NCBI GenBank assembly: GCA_910588415.1
Contig: CAJUPK010000002.1
Location: 1-50,116 of the forward strand
Direction of reading: 5' to 3'
Length of the DNA: 50,116 nt
DNA from: an uncultured Oscillospiraceae bacterium
GTDB lineage: Bacteria > Bacillota > Clostridia > Oscillospirales > Acutalibacteraceae
A program made the position numbers and the translations under genes. Numbering within the stretch: position 1 is the stretch's first letter; each line of letters starts with the position of its first letter. Positions 9,812-19,728 of the stretch are shown here, one piece after another. Below the pieces are notes generated by a model. That model was not told the DNA's origin, did not search any database, and was given only the letters and a program-made list of their open reading frames with translations.

Positions 9812-9836
9812 AGGGGGACTCCTCCCTTATGCCAAT

Positions 9837-10349
9837 TTACAGGACTTTCACGGTCTCCTCCAACGGCTTTCTCCGGCTGTGCAGGGGCGATGGCTCCGCG
9901 TCCTCCGCCGGGTAGCCCATCAGCAGCAGGGCAACGGGCTCCCAAGTCTCTGGCAGGGAAAACTCCACCCGCACCGCCTCGGGGATAAAGTGCATCACCC
10001 AAGTGGAGCCAACGCCCAGCTCCCAGGCGGCCAGCATCATGTGGGTGGCCGCAATGGCCGCATCGGTTTCCCCGCTGGCCCTGCCGTCGTATTCCCGGGT
10101 CCAGCATCCGCTTTTGTCATAGCACACCAGCAGGGCCAGGGTTTCTCCAAAGTGGTGAACCGTACATTTTTTCAGCTTTGCAAGGGCCTCTGGGGACTGC
10201 ATGGCCAGCACCCGCTGGGGCTGGAGGTTGCAGGCAGTGGGAGAGACCTGCCCGGCCCGGAGAATGGCCTCCCGCTTCTCCCCCTCCACCGGGCGGGGAG
10301 AGAATTCTCGGACGGAATAACGGCTTTCAGCCAGTTCGACAAAACCCAT
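9837..10349 (-). CDS. Nitroreductase family protein
   Basis: Start MGFVELAESRYSVREF; SPTACNLQP; HMMLAAWELGVGSTWV; RKPLEE. Confidence 0.9.
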   Translation of the reverse strand: MGFVELAESRYSVREFSPRPVEGEKREAILRAGQVSPTACNLQPQRVLAMQSPEALAKLKKCTVHHFGETLALLVCYDKSGCWTREYDGRASGETDAAIAATHMMLAAWELGVGSTWVMHFIPEAVRVEFSLPETWEPVALLLMGYPAEDAEPSPLHSRRKPLEETVKVL

Positions 10350-10393
10350 ATGCAGGCTCCTTTCCGCCCCCTCTGGGGCATAGGCTGCGGTTT

Positions 10394-10702
10394 CTAGGGC
10401 AGCAGCCCCTCCTTCTCCGACTGGCGCAGGGAGGCCGCAATAGACTGCTCCAGTTCTTCCTCCACCCCATAGTACATGGCAATCTTCACCAGCTCGGTCA
10501 TGGCCTGGCGCAGTTCTCCCGCCAGGTCTTCCTTTTTGGGCTCCCCATGCTTCTGGCGCTTCAGGCCGGAATCCTCCCAAAGGTTGATCTCCGCCGCCAC
10601 CTCGCCGCACTCCTCCAACAGCCGGGCGGCCATCTGATAGGGCTCCACCCCATTGGGAAAGCGGCGATTGGAGGCTTGGGCCATTTTATAGAATCTCTCC
10701 AT
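10394..10702 (-). CDS. MazG-like nucleotide pyrophosphohydrolase
   Basis: RLLEECGEVAAEI...LAGEL helical acidic motif. Confidence 0.7.
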   Translation of the reverse strand: MERFYKMAQASNRRFPNGVEPYQMAARLLEECGEVAAEINLWEDSGLKRQKHGEPKKEDLAGELRQAMTELVKIAMYYGVEEELEQSIAASLRQSEKEGLLP

Positions 10703-10728
10703 AGCATGTCACGCTCCTTTCCAAAAGC

Positions 10729-11301
10729 TCAGGCGTTCTTGCCCAGCTCAAAGGCCTTTTTATTTACATCCAGGAACTTCTCCGGCACGCAGGCCTCTAT
10801 GGCCTCCTGCCAGGCGTCCTCCGGGAAATCAAAATAGTGGCTGAGCCGCCCCAGCAGCACCAGGTTCACCGCCTTGCTGTTCCCAGCCTCCTGGGCCAGG
10901 GCCAGGCAGTCCAAAGCGTCCACGTTGGCCCCGGCAGCCTGCATTTTCTCCACCAGCTGTTCCGGATATTGGGCCGCCCCGGTGATCACGGGCATGGGGT
11001 CAATCTGCTGGGTGTTGGCCACCACCTGCCCCCCGGGCTTGAGATATCCCAGCCACCGGGCTGCCTCCAGCAGCTCAAAGGAGACAATGGCGTCCGCCTC
11101 TCCCTGGTCAATCACCGGGGAGAAGACCTTGTCCCCATAGCGCACATAGGTCACCACGCTGCCGCCCCGCTGGCTCATGCCGTGGACCTCGCTGACCTTT
11201 ACGTCAAAGCCCCGCTCCATCAGCAGGTGCCCCAGCAGCTTGCTGGCCAGCAGGGAACCCTGGCCGCCCACGCCTACAATCATAATATTTTTCGTTTTCA
11301 T
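10729..11301 (-). CDS. iorB: Indolepyruvate:ferredoxin oxidoreductase beta subunit
   Basis: GVGGQG, SEVHGMSQRGGSV. Confidence 0.93.
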   Translation of the reverse strand: MKTKNIMIVGVGGQGSLLASKLLGHLLMERGFDVKVSEVHGMSQRGGSVVTYVRYGDKVFSPVIDQGEADAIVSFELLEAARWLGYLKPGGQVVANTQQIDPMPVITGAAQYPEQLVEKMQAAGANVDALDCLALAQEAGNSKAVNLVLLGRLSHYFDFPEDAWQEAIEACVPEKFLDVNKKAFELGKNA

Positions 11302-11302
11302 C

Positions 11303-13057
11303 TTATTTGCCCTCCTTCAGCGCGTCAAACCTGCACAGCTGGCCGCAGACCCCGCAGCCCACGCACTGGGCGGCGTCTATCACAGCCTTGCCCTCCCGGA
11401 TGGAGATGGCCGGACAGCCAATCTTCATGCAGGCCCTGCAGCCCCGGCACTGGTCCGGGTCCACTGCCAGAGGGGCCTTATGCTTCACATACTTCAACAG
11501 GGCGCAGGGCCGCCGGGCGATGATCACAGAGAGCTCCTGGGCCGCTAGCTCCTCCTTCACCGCGGTCTCGCAGGCCGCCAGGTCATAGGGGTCCACCACC
11601 CGCACCCGTTTTACCCCCATTGCCCGGCACAGGGCTTCCAGGTCGATTTTCCCCACCGGGTCCCCCCGCAGGTTAAAGCCCGTGGTGGGGTTCTGCTGGT
11701 GGCCGGTCATGCCTGTAATGGAGTTGTCCAGAATGATCACCGTGGAGTTGGACTGGTTATAGGCCGCGCCCGCAAGCCCGGTCATGCCGGAGTGCATAAA
11801 GGTGGAGTCGCCAATGACCGCCACGGTTCTGCCCTCTCCCTCTTCTCCCAGGGCCTTGTTAAAGCCGTGCAGCCCGCTGATAGAGGCCCCCATGCACAAG
11901 GTCATGTCCATAGCCCCCAAAGGCGGCATGGCCCCCAGGGTATAGCAGCCGATATCCCCCAGTACCGTGCATTTCAGCTTCTGCAGCGCGTAAAACAGCC
12001 CTCTGTGGGGACAGCCCGCGCACATCACCGGCGGACGGCCCGGCAGGGCCTCCTCCAGCGCCCGGCCCCCTGGGACAGGCTGGCCCAGCTTCTCCGCCAC
12101 CACATTCTGGCTTAGCTCCCCGCACAGGGGGAACAGCGCCTTTCCCTCTGCCGCCAGCCCCAGGCCCCGGCAGAAGCCCTCGATGAAGGGGTCGCCCTCT
12201 TCCACCACCACCAGCCGGCCCACCTGGGCGGCAAAGTCCCGGATAAGCTTCTCCGGCAGAGGCCAGACCATGCCCAGCTTCAAGACCGGGTATGTATCCC
12301 CGCAGGCCTCCTTCACATACTGATAGCAGGTACTGGAGGTGATGATGCCCAGGCTCTTGTCCGGGCCCTCCTCTACCCGGTTCACGTCCGCGGTCCCTGC
12401 CCACTCCGCCAGGTCCAGCAGCCGCTGCTCCACCGCCGGATGGCGGCGCACCGCGTTGGCAGGGGCCATCACATATTTGGCCGGATTTTTGGCATAGGGC
12501 CTGGCCTCTGGCTCCTGGCGCTGAGAGAGCTCTGCGATGGACTGGGAGTGGGCCACCCGGGTACACATTTTCAGCAGCACCGGGGTGTCGAACTTCTCGG
12601 ACAGCGCATAGGCCAGCTTGGTAAAGCGGAGGGCCTCGGCAGAGTCAGAGGGCTCCAGCATGGGCAGCTTGGCTGCCCGGGCGTAGTGCCGGGAGTCCTG
12701 CTCGTTCTGGGAGGAGTGCATGGCCGGGTCATCCGCCACGGCAATCACCAGCCCGGCGTTCACCCCGGTGTAGCTCATGGTAAACAGGGGGTCCGCGGCC
12801 ACGTTCAGGCCCACATGCTTCATGGCGCAGAAAGCCCGCTTCCCGGCCAGAGAGGCCCCGAAGGCGGCCTCCATGGCCACCTTCTCATTGGGGGCCCACT
12901 CGCAGTATATTTCCGGAAACTTGGCGGCCTCCTCCGTGATCTCCGTGCTGGGAGTGCCAGGGTAGCTGGAAGCCAGGCCGCACCCAGCCTCGTACAGCCC
13001 CCGAGCAACGGCGGCATTGCCTAAAATCAGTTTTTTCATAGGTTTATGTACCTCCAA
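11303..13057 (-). CDS. iorA: Indolepyruvate:ferredoxin oxidoreductase alpha subunit
   Basis: YPGTPSTE, NEKVA, MKHVGLNVAAD, CAGCPHR, GDIGCY, GDSTF TPP motif, C-terminal 2x[4Fe-4S]; start may be ATG 13039. Confidence 0.94.
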   Translation of the reverse strand: MEVHKPMKKLILGNAAVARGLYEAGCGLASSYPGTPSTEITEEAAKFPEIYCEWAPNEKVAMEAAFGASLAGKRAFCAMKHVGLNVAADPLFTMSYTGVNAGLVIAVADDPAMHSSQNEQDSRHYARAAKLPMLEPSDSAEALRFTKLAYALSEKFDTPVLLKMCTRVAHSQSIAELSQRQEPEARPYAKNPAKYVMAPANAVRRHPAVEQRLLDLAEWAGTADVNRVEEGPDKSLGIITSSTCYQYVKEACGDTYPVLKLGMVWPLPEKLIRDFAAQVGRLVVVEEGDPFIEGFCRGLGLAAEGKALFPLCGELSQNVVAEKLGQPVPGGRALEEALPGRPPVMCAGCPHRGLFYALQKLKCTVLGDIGCYTLGAMPPLGAMDMTLCMGASISGLHGFNKALGEEGEGRTVAVIGDSTFMHSGMTGLAGAAYNQSNSTVIILDNSITGMTGHQQNPTTGFNLRGDPVGKIDLEALCRAMGVKRVRVVDPYDLAACETAVKEELAAQELSVIIARRPCALLKYVKHKAPLAVDPDQCRGCRACMKIGCPAISIREGKAVIDAAQCVGCGVCGQLCRFDALKEGK

Positions 13058-13262
13058 ATCAAAATCATGGAACAGACGGCTCCATTCCGCGAAACAGCAC
13101 AGCCCGCTCTTTCATGAAAACTCTGCCCATCTGTCAGTCCCAAGGGCCGGCTCCTTTCATGGGTGAGGAAGCGATCCCTTCCGTCTCTTGGAAGAAAAGC
13201 CGGAGCCCTAGTCCCTTTGCACAAGGGCCATACGCGGCATATGGGCTCGTCAGGACCAATCC

Positions 13263-13553
13263 CTACAGCGTATAGTCAATGCAGGCCCGTTCCTCCCGGA
13301 CACTGCCGATAAACTGGCCAAAGGCCACATGCTCCGGACTCACCTGGTAGGCGTTCAGGTCCTCCAGGGTGTTAAAATCAAAAATCAGGGCCACGTCAAA
13401 GTTGGCATTGGGTACGCCAGGGGCGCAGCGCACCACCTGGGCGGCCTGAATCACGGGGAGCTTTGCCAGCTCCTCCCCCCGCCGCAAAAACTCGGCTATG
13501 TTGGCCTCCTTATTCTCCTCTTTCAGTGAAAACATGCAGACATGACGCAACAT
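13263..13553 (-). CDS. Dabb (stress-responsive A/B barrel) family protein
   Basis: MLRHVCMF...F...EDLNAYQVSPEH...IDY. Confidence 0.8.
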   Translation of the reverse strand: MLRHVCMFSLKEENKEANIAEFLRRGEELAKLPVIQAAQVVRCAPGVPNANFDVALIFDFNTLEDLNAYQVSPEHVAFGQFIGSVREERACIDYTL

Positions 13554-13623
13554 GACAGTTTCCTCCCTATTTTATTATAGCAATATAGCATTTCTTCTAT
13601 AGTTATTCGGTTCAGGGGACAAG

Positions 13624-15282
13624 TTATCCCTTGTTCTGGGCTTCCACCAGCCGCACGCCGCAGTATTGCTCCCGCAGCTTGGGCTTCTCAATTTTGCCCG
13701 TGGCGTTGCGGGGCACAGGGGCAAAAATCAGCTTCCGGGGCCGCTTGTACCGGGGCAGGCCCTCGCAGAAGGCCACAACCTCCTCCTCCGTACACTCCAT
13801 GCCCTCTTTCACCTGGATCACAGCCGCGGCAATCTCCCCCAGGCGCTGGTCCGGCAGGCCGATCACCGCCACGTCGTGGATCTTGGGATGGGCAGCCAAA
13901 AAGGCCTCTATCTGCACCGGGTAGATGTTCTCGCCGCCGGAGATGACCACATCCTTTTTCCGGTCCACCAGAAAGATGAAGCCCTCCGGGTCCTGCCGGG
14001 CCATGTCCCCGGTGTGCAGCCAGCCGTCCCGCAGCACCTCCTGGGTGGCCTTCTCATCGTGGTAGTAGCAGACCATCACGCCATTGCCCTTTACGCACAG
14101 CTCGCCCACCTGGCCCTGGGGCACAGGCTGGTCCTGGTCGTCCACCAGCTTCACCTGCCAGCCCACCCCGGGAATGCCAATGGCCCCCACCTTGTCCGGG
14201 TGGTCCACCCCCAGGTGGACGCAGCCAGGGCCCGTGGACTCGGACAGGCCGTAGTTGGTGTCGTATTTGTGATGGGGAAAATAGCTCCACCAGCGCTTCA
14301 CCAGGCTGGGGGGCACAGGCTGCGCGCCAATGTGCATCAGCCGCCACTGGGAGAGCTGGTAGTCCGAGAGCTTCAGGTCCCCCCGGTCCAGGGCCGCCAA
14401 AATATCCTGGGCCCAGGGCACCAGCAGCCACACAATGGTGCAGCCCTCTGTGGAGGCGGCTTCAAAAATGGCCTTGGGCGAGCTGCCCTTTAAGAGCACC
14501 GCCTTGCCCCCCGTGAACAAGGAGCCAAACCAGTGCATTTTCGCCCCGGTGTGGTACAGAGGCGGGATGCACAAAAACACGTCCTCGTGGGTGGTCTCAT
14601 GGTGGACCGCCTCCATGCGGGCGGACTGGGCCAGCGCGGCGTGCCGCAGCAGAATGGCCTTGGGGAAGCCCGTGGTGCCGGAGGAATAGTAGATGGCCGC
14701 CTCGTCCTCGTCGTCTATCAGCACCTTGGGCGGGGTGCTGGAGCAGTTGGCCGCCGCCCGGTGGTAGTCCTCGGCAAAGCTGGGGCAGGCGTCCCCCACA
14801 AAGAACAGCAGCCGCTCCCTGCCAATGGAGGGGGCAATCTCCTCCACCCGGCCAATAAACTCCGGCCCAAAGAACAAGATGTCCGCGTCCGCCAGCTTCA
14901 CGCAGTAGGCAATCTCCTGGGCCGTATAGCGGAAATTCAAGGGCACGGCCACAGCCCCTGTCTTCAAAATGCCAAAATACACGGGCAGCCATTCCAGGCA
15001 GTTCATCATCAGCAGGGCCACCTTCTGCCCCTTGCCAATGCCCCGGCTCAGCAGCAGGTTGGCGGCCCGGTTGGCCTTTTCGTCAAAAACCGCCCAGGTA
15101 ATCTCCCGGCGGTAGGGGGCCGGTCCCCCGGGCTGTATCAGCTCATACTCCCGCCAGGTCACCCGGCGGGGCTCCTGCACCTCGGGGTTAATCTCCACCA
15201 GGGCGGTCTCCTCGCCGTACAGCTTGGCGTTTCGCTCTAACAGGTCGGTTATGGGCACAAAAATCCCTCCTGAAATTATCAA
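13624..15282 (-). CDS. Class I adenylate-forming enzyme (acyl-CoA synthetase)
   Basis: YSSGTTGFPK, YGLSES, WLHTGD, DRKKDVVISGGENIYP, PRNATGKI; likely start GTG 15258. Confidence 0.9.
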   Translation of the reverse strand: MIISGGIFVPITDLLERNAKLYGEETALVEINPEVQEPRRVTWREYELIQPGGPAPYRREITWAVFDEKANRAANLLLSRGIGKGQKVALLMMNCLEWLPVYFGILKTGAVAVPLNFRYTAQEIAYCVKLADADILFFGPEFIGRVEEIAPSIGRERLLFFVGDACPSFAEDYHRAAANCSSTPPKVLIDDEDEAAIYYSSGTTGFPKAILLRHAALAQSARMEAVHHETTHEDVFLCIPPLYHTGAKMHWFGSLFTGGKAVLLKGSSPKAIFEAASTEGCTIVWLLVPWAQDILAALDRGDLKLSDYQLSQWRLMHIGAQPVPPSLVKRWWSYFPHHKYDTNYGLSESTGPGCVHLGVDHPDKVGAIGIPGVGWQVKLVDDQDQPVPQGQVGELCVKGNGVMVCYYHDEKATQEVLRDGWLHTGDMARQDPEGFIFLVDRKKDVVISGGENIYPVQIEAFLAAHPKIHDVAVIGLPDQRLGEIAAAVIQVKEGMECTEEEVVAFCEGLPRYKRPRKLIFAPVPRNATGKIEKPKLREQYCGVRLVEAQNKG

Positions 15283-15341
15283 TATCCCGGACTTTCCCGC
15301 GGCGAAGCGCCGCTCTTTACTATATCAGCGGAATACCACAT

Positions 15342-15370
15342 ATTATACTCTTTTTCGCGGGTCAAGTCAA
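15342..15370 (-). promoter_or_regulatory. sigma-A promoter for acyl-CoA synthetase
   Basis: TTGACT-N17-TATAAT. Confidence 0.75.
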
Positions 15371-15452
15371 GCCGTAGGGGCCGCAGGGGAGCCCCCAAAC
15401 CCAGGGGCTCCCCCAACCCCACGGGCCCGCCTGCTTTCATGAAAAATCCTGG

Positions 15453-15481
15453 TTGCAAATCCCGGCAGAATGTGCTATAAT
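15453..15481 (+). promoter_or_regulatory. sigma-A promoter for ffs-dnaX
   Basis: TTGCAA-N17-TATAAT with extended TG. Confidence 0.8.
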
Positions 15482-15518
15482 AGGCACACAGCCCGGATGG
15501 AGACAGAAAACAGGGTCT

Positions 15519-15722
15519 CTGGAGCCGTACCCGCGGTTTATACAGCCGCGGTTTTACGGCATGAGCTTATAGAATGGATCCACCGGCTTGGCCGGGGGGA
15601 ATATGTGGGCGGACAGGTCTGCGCGGCGGGACGCCGCGAACCATGTCAGGCGGGGAACCGAGCAGCATTAAACGGATGTTCCCGGGCGATGCAGGTCGCC
15701 TGCCCGCTCACATATTCCCCTT
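15519..15722 (+). ncRNA. ffs: Signal recognition particle RNA
   Basis: Helix-8 motif GAACCATGTCAGG-CGG-GGAA-CCG-AGCAGCATTAA; long stem 15596-15612 pairs with 15704-15720; canonical position upstream of dnaX; 5' end approximate. Confidence 0.9.
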
Positions 15723-15754
15723 TTTCATCCGCTTTTTTGGGAGGGGTCTTGCGC

Positions 15755-17485
15755 ATGTATAAGGTGCTGTACAGAAAATACCGCCCGCGCTTTTTCGCGG
15801 ATGTGGTGGGCCAGCCCCAGGTAACCCTTACCCTGAAAAACCAGCTGACCCGAGGCCGGATTGCCCACGCCTACCTGTTCACCGGCTCCCGCGGCACAGG
15901 CAAGACCACCTGCGCCAAAATCCTGGCCCGGGCGGTAAACTGCCTGGACCCCCAGGACGGGGACCCCTGCGGCGCCTGCAGCGTGTGCCGGGGCTTGGAG
16001 GACGGCTCCATCCTGGACGTGATGGAGATTGACGCGGCCAGCAACAACGGCGTGGAGAACGTGCGCGCCATTATCGAGGAGAGCAGCTTCACCCCCGCTA
16101 CCGCTAAATACCGGGTGTATATCATCGACGAGGTACACATGCTGTCCGTCCAGGCCTTCAACGCCCTGCTGAAAACCCTGGAGGAACCCCCGGCCCATGT
16201 GGTGTTTATTTTGGCCACTACAGAGGTCCACAAGCTGCCCCCCACCATTCTGTCCCGCTGCCAGCGCTTTGACTTCCGGCGTATCGCCCCCCAACTGATG
16301 GCGGAGCGGCTGGAGGAGGTGGCCCGGCAGGAGGAGGCCCAGCTGGACCCGGAGGCAGCCCTGCTCATCGCCCAGGTGGCGGACGGCGCTCTGCGGGACG
16401 GGCTCTCCCTGTTGGACCAGTGCCTGGGCCGGGACCGCCACATCACCCTGCAGACTGTCTATGAGACCGCTGGCCTGGCCGCCCGGGAGTATCTGGGAGA
16501 GCTGGCCCAGGCTGTGGCGGCCCGCAGCCCAGCGGCAGCCCTGCTCTGCGTGGACCAGCTGTACAAGGACTCTAAGGACCTGAACCGGCTGTGCGGCGAG
16601 CTGGCGGAGTATTTCCGGGGGCTGATGCTCTGCAAGACCATGCGCAGCCCCGGGGGACTGCTCCAGGTCTCCCAGCAGGAGCGGGAGGACATGGAGCGCC
16701 AGGCGGCCTCCATGACCCTGCCGGACATTCTCCACGGTCTGGACACCTTTGAGGAGACCTTGAACAAGATGCGCTTTGGCGACCAGCGCACCCAGCTGGA
16801 GATGGCCCTGGTGCGGCTGTGCTCCCCCGAGCTGGACGCCACCCCCGAGGCCCTGCTCCGCCGGATCGAAGCCCTGGAGGCAGCCGGGCCCCTTCTGGCC
16901 GCTGTGCCGGGGGCCATTCCCCCGGCGGTCCAGCCCGCCCCCCAGCCTCCTGCCGGGGAGTTCTCCTCCGGCAAAGAGGAACCGGCGCCCCCCTCCCCGC
17001 TGCCGGAGGACCTGGCGGCAGCCCTGGCCAGTCTGGACGAACCCCCGCCTCCTCCACGGCCAGCGCCCTCCCGCCCGGAACCAGCTCCCGCGCCCCCTCC
17101 CCCGCCGCCTGCCCCAGCCTCTCCGCCCAAATCGGCTGCCCCCAACATTGGGGAGCTCTCCGCCAAAGCCCAGCGCTTTTCCCAGTGGCCGGAGATTTTG
17201 CGGCTGCTGGACGGCGCTTCCGCCAGCACGGCCATGGCCTTTCAGGGCAGCACGGCCTATACCAGCGGGGACTATCTGCTCATCGACGCGCCGGAGATTG
17301 CCTTTGAGCTGCTGAAAAAATCCCAGCAGCGCCAGCGTCTGCGGGAGGCTGTCAGCCGGGTAACAGGCCGGCTCTACAAGCTGGGCCCCTACAAAAAGCC
17401 CGGCCATCAGGAGGAGCAGGCCGACCCCTTGGAAGCTCTGGCCCAGCGGGCCAGGGAGGCCGGGGTGCCTGTCACAGAAGTATGA
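15755..17485 (+). CDS. dnaX: DNA polymerase III subunit gamma/tau
   Basis: MYKVLYRKYRP, GSRGTGKTT, EIDAASN, IIDEVHML, SRCQRFDF; Pro-rich linker; real start ATG 15755 with GGAGG RBS. Confidence 0.96.
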   Translation: MYKVLYRKYRPRFFADVVGQPQVTLTLKNQLTRGRIAHAYLFTGSRGTGKTTCAKILARAVNCLDPQDGDPCGACSVCRGLEDGSILDVMEIDAASNNGVENVRAIIEESSFTPATAKYRVYIIDEVHMLSVQAFNALLKTLEEPPAHVVFILATTEVHKLPPTILSRCQRFDFRRIAPQLMAERLEEVARQEEAQLDPEAALLIAQVADGALRDGLSLLDQCLGRDRHITLQTVYETAGLAAREYLGELAQAVAARSPAAALLCVDQLYKDSKDLNRLCGELAEYFRGLMLCKTMRSPGGLLQVSQQEREDMERQAASMTLPDILHGLDTFEETLNKMRFGDQRTQLEMALVRLCSPELDATPEALLRRIEALEAAGPLLAAVPGAIPPAVQPAPQPPAGEFSSGKEEPAPPSPLPEDLAAALASLDEPPPPPRPAPSRPEPAPAPPPPPPAPASPPKSAAPNIGELSAKAQRFSQWPEILRLLDGASASTAMAFQGSTAYTSGDYLLIDAPEIAFELLKKSQQRQRLREAVSRVTGRLYKLGPYKKPGHQEEQADPLEALAQRAREAGVPVTEV

Positions 17486-17572
17486 AGAAGCATAAATAAA
17501 ACGGCTGCCAGCGGTTTGGTCCCGGCAGCTCCCCATACATGGAAACACAGCAAACCGAAAGGATGATTTTGT

Positions 17573-17923
17573 ATGAAAGCCAGATTACCCCAGGGCTACA
17601 ACACCCCCGGCGCCGCCAACCTGCAGCAGCTGGCCCGCCAGGCCCAGAAGATGCAGGAGCAGATGGAGGCCATCACCGCCGAGCTGGAGGAGAAGGAGTA
17701 CACGGCCGCTGCTGGCGGCGACGCGGTAAAGGCCACAGTCACCGGCAAAATGGAGGTAAAGACCATAGACATCAAGCCCGAGGTCATTGACCCGGAGGAT
17801 GCGGAAATGCTGGGCGACCTGGTGGCCGCTGCCGTCAACGAGGCTTTGCGCGCTGCCGCCAAGGAGAAGGACGAGCGGCTCTCCGCTGTGTCCGGCGGCA
17901 TGGGCGTGCCGGGGCTTCTCTAA
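17573..17923 (+). CDS. ybaB: YbaB/EbfC nucleoid-associated protein
   Basis: QAQKMQEQM, DPEDAEMLGDLVAAAVNEA; between dnaX and recR. Confidence 0.93.
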   Translation: MKARLPQGYNTPGAANLQQLARQAQKMQEQMEAITAELEEKEYTAAAGGDAVKATVTGKMEVKTIDIKPEVIDPEDAEMLGDLVAAAVNEALRAAAKEKDERLSAVSGGMGVPGLL

Positions 17924-18525
17924 TGCCCGGCGGCTACCATGTGGCTCCCCTGGAGGCTCTGATCGATAAACTGGAAAGCCTGCCCAGTATTGGCCACAAG
18001 TCCGCCCAACGGCTTGCCTATTATATTTTAAATATGTCCCCCCAAGAGGCCCAGTCTCTGGCGGATTGCATTTTGAACGCCCACAACAAAATCCACTACT
18101 GCTCCCAGTGCTGCAACCTGACGGACGGGGAGCTCTGCCCCGTGTGCCGGGACGAGGGCCGGGACAGCGGCCTGCTCTGCGTGGTGGAGGAGCCCAAGGA
18201 CGTGTTCGCCCTGGAGCGGGGCGGAGATTTCCCCGGGCGTTACCATGTGCTGCACGGGGCCATTTCGCCCCTGTCCGGCGTGGGACCAGACCAGCTGAAA
18301 ATCAAAGAACTGCTGGCCCGCATCACCCCAGAGGTCCAAGAGGTCATCATGGCCACCAACCCCACAGTAGAGGGAGAGGCTACGGCCATGTACATTGCCC
18401 GGCTGCTGAAGCCCCTGGGTGTGCGGGTGACCCGCCTGGCCTACGGCGTGCCTGTGGGCGGGGATATCGAGTACGCGGACAATGTAACTCTGCAGCGGGC
18501 TCTGGCCGGCAGGCAGGAGCTTTAG
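17923..18525 (+). CDS. recR: Recombination mediator RecR
   Basis: LPSIGHKSAQRLA HhH, C4 zinc finger, TOPRIM ATNPTVEGEATA. Confidence 0.96.
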   Translation: MPGGYHVAPLEALIDKLESLPSIGHKSAQRLAYYILNMSPQEAQSLADCILNAHNKIHYCSQCCNLTDGELCPVCRDEGRDSGLLCVVEEPKDVFALERGGDFPGRYHVLHGAISPLSGVGPDQLKIKELLARITPEVQEVIMATNPTVEGEATAMYIARLLKPLGVRVTRLAYGVPVGGDIEYADNVTLQRALAGRQEL

Positions 18526-18602
18526 TCTCCCTATGATCCCTTTCCCTTATTACTTTAAAATATTATATTAAAACAATTTTTCAGTTTTTAGGAGGTGCGC
18601 CT

Positions 18603-19070
18603 ATGCAGGCCAAGCCCGCCACAAAAACTATTGCCCAAAACAAAAAGGCTTATCACGACTACTTCGTGGAGGAGAGTTTTGAGGCCGGCCTGGAGCTGGA
18701 GGGCACCGAAGTAAAGTCCCTGCGCCAGGGCCGGGCCAACCTGAAAGACGCCTGGTGCTCTGTGGTCAACGGCGAGATGCTGATGAACGGCTGCCACATC
18801 AGCCAGTATGACTTTGGCAACCGCTTTAACTGCGACCCCCTGCGGGTGCGCCGGCTGCTGCTGCACAAGCGGGAGATTCTGCGCCTGTACGGCCTGGTAA
18901 AGCAGCAGGGCTATGCCCTGATTCCCCTGTCCCTCTACTTTAAGGGCAGCCGGGTAAAGGTGCAGCTGGGCCTGTGCAAGGGCAAAAAGCTCTATGACAA
19001 GCGGGCCGACATGGCGGAAAAGGCCGCCAAGCGGGACATGGAGCGCGCCTTAAAAGAGCGCAACCGTTGA
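18603..19070 (+). CDS. smpB: SsrA-binding protein
   Basis: [41 protein letters not shown]. Confidence 0.97.
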   Translation: MQAKPATKTIAQNKKAYHDYFVEESFEAGLELEGTEVKSLRQGRANLKDAWCSVVNGEMLMNGCHISQYDFGNRFNCDPLRVRRLLLHKREILRLYGLVKQQGYALIPLSLYFKGSRVKVQLGLCKGKKLYDKRADMAEKAAKRDMERALKERNR

Positions 19071-19099
19071 TCTATACTATGATACGCTTTATAGAAGAA

Positions 19100-19135
19100 C
19101 CTGCAGCCAGTAGCTTCCTGGCTGCAGGCCTTTTT
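19100..19135 (+). terminator. Rho-independent terminator after smpB
   Basis: CCTGCAGCCAG / CTGGCTGCAGG stem followed by T-run. Confidence 0.75.
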
Positions 19136-19200
19136 AGTTAGAATAAAAATATGTAAATACGGCAAATATGAATTTATTAAAAATTTCTATCAGCTTTCTA

Positions 19201-19229
19201 TTTACATTTTAATACATATGTGCTACAAT
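19201..19229 (+). promoter_or_regulatory. sigma-A promoter for PadR gene
   Basis: TTTACA-N17-TACAAT with extended TG. Confidence 0.65.
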
Positions 19230-19253
19230 AGCTCATGAAAGTGGGGTGTCACA

Positions 19254-19616
19254 ATGAAAAGCATAGAATTTACCAAGAAGGTCCCTTTAGAGCTACTGTG
19301 CATGCTGCTATTGGAAGAAAGAGACATGTATGGCTATGAAATGGTACAGGAGCTGAAAAAGCGGACGGATGGACTTCTCACCATCAATGTGACCACGCTG
19401 TATCTTGCCCTGAAGCGCCTGACAGAGCGCCAGTATATCTCCACCTACTATTCAGAAGAGGCAGAGGCCGCCAGAGAGCGCTCTCGAATCTACTACCACT
19501 GGGAGCCAGCTGCAGAGGAATACCAGGAGCAGCTGTTTGGGGAATACCAGAAAGCCGTACAAGGTGTGCAGAAATTTTTAGACTACAGCAAAACAGGTAA
19601 AAGCGGGGCAGCCTAA
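19254..19616 (+). CDS. PadR family transcriptional regulator
   Basis: DMYGYEMVQEL, TLYLALKRL, RIYY winged helix. Confidence 0.88.
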   Translation: MKSIEFTKKVPLELLCMLLLEERDMYGYEMVQELKKRTDGLLTINVTTLYLALKRLTERQYISTYYSEEAEAARERSRIYYHWEPAAEEYQEQLFGEYQKAVQGVQKFLDYSKTGKSGAA

Positions 19617-19680
19617 CTGCTGTTCCCTTTACAAAAAACCTCCTAATTGGGATGGACCTCTTGGAATCGGTTCGTCCACA

Positions 19681-19728
19681 GAAAAGCGGCGGTATGCCCT
19701 CTGCAAAGAGCATACCGCCGCTTTCTTC
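19681..19728. terminator. Bidirectional terminator between PadR and tRNA-Arg
   Basis: AAAGCGGCGGTATGC / GCATACCGCCGCTTT inverted repeat. Confidence 0.8.

Noticed and set aside
130..10728. Integron-like cassette system explaining small genes inserted into operons
   Set aside because: No shared attC-like or repeated flanks found; several junctions are direct stop/start overlaps
15470..15754. 95-aa N-terminal extension of DnaX in the ORF track
   Set aside because: Overlaps the promoter and SRP RNA; conserved start is ATG 15755
16900..17485. dnaX programmed -1 frameshift
   Set aside because: No A-AAA-AAG heptamer or long A-run; only C-AAA-AAG near the very end of the gene
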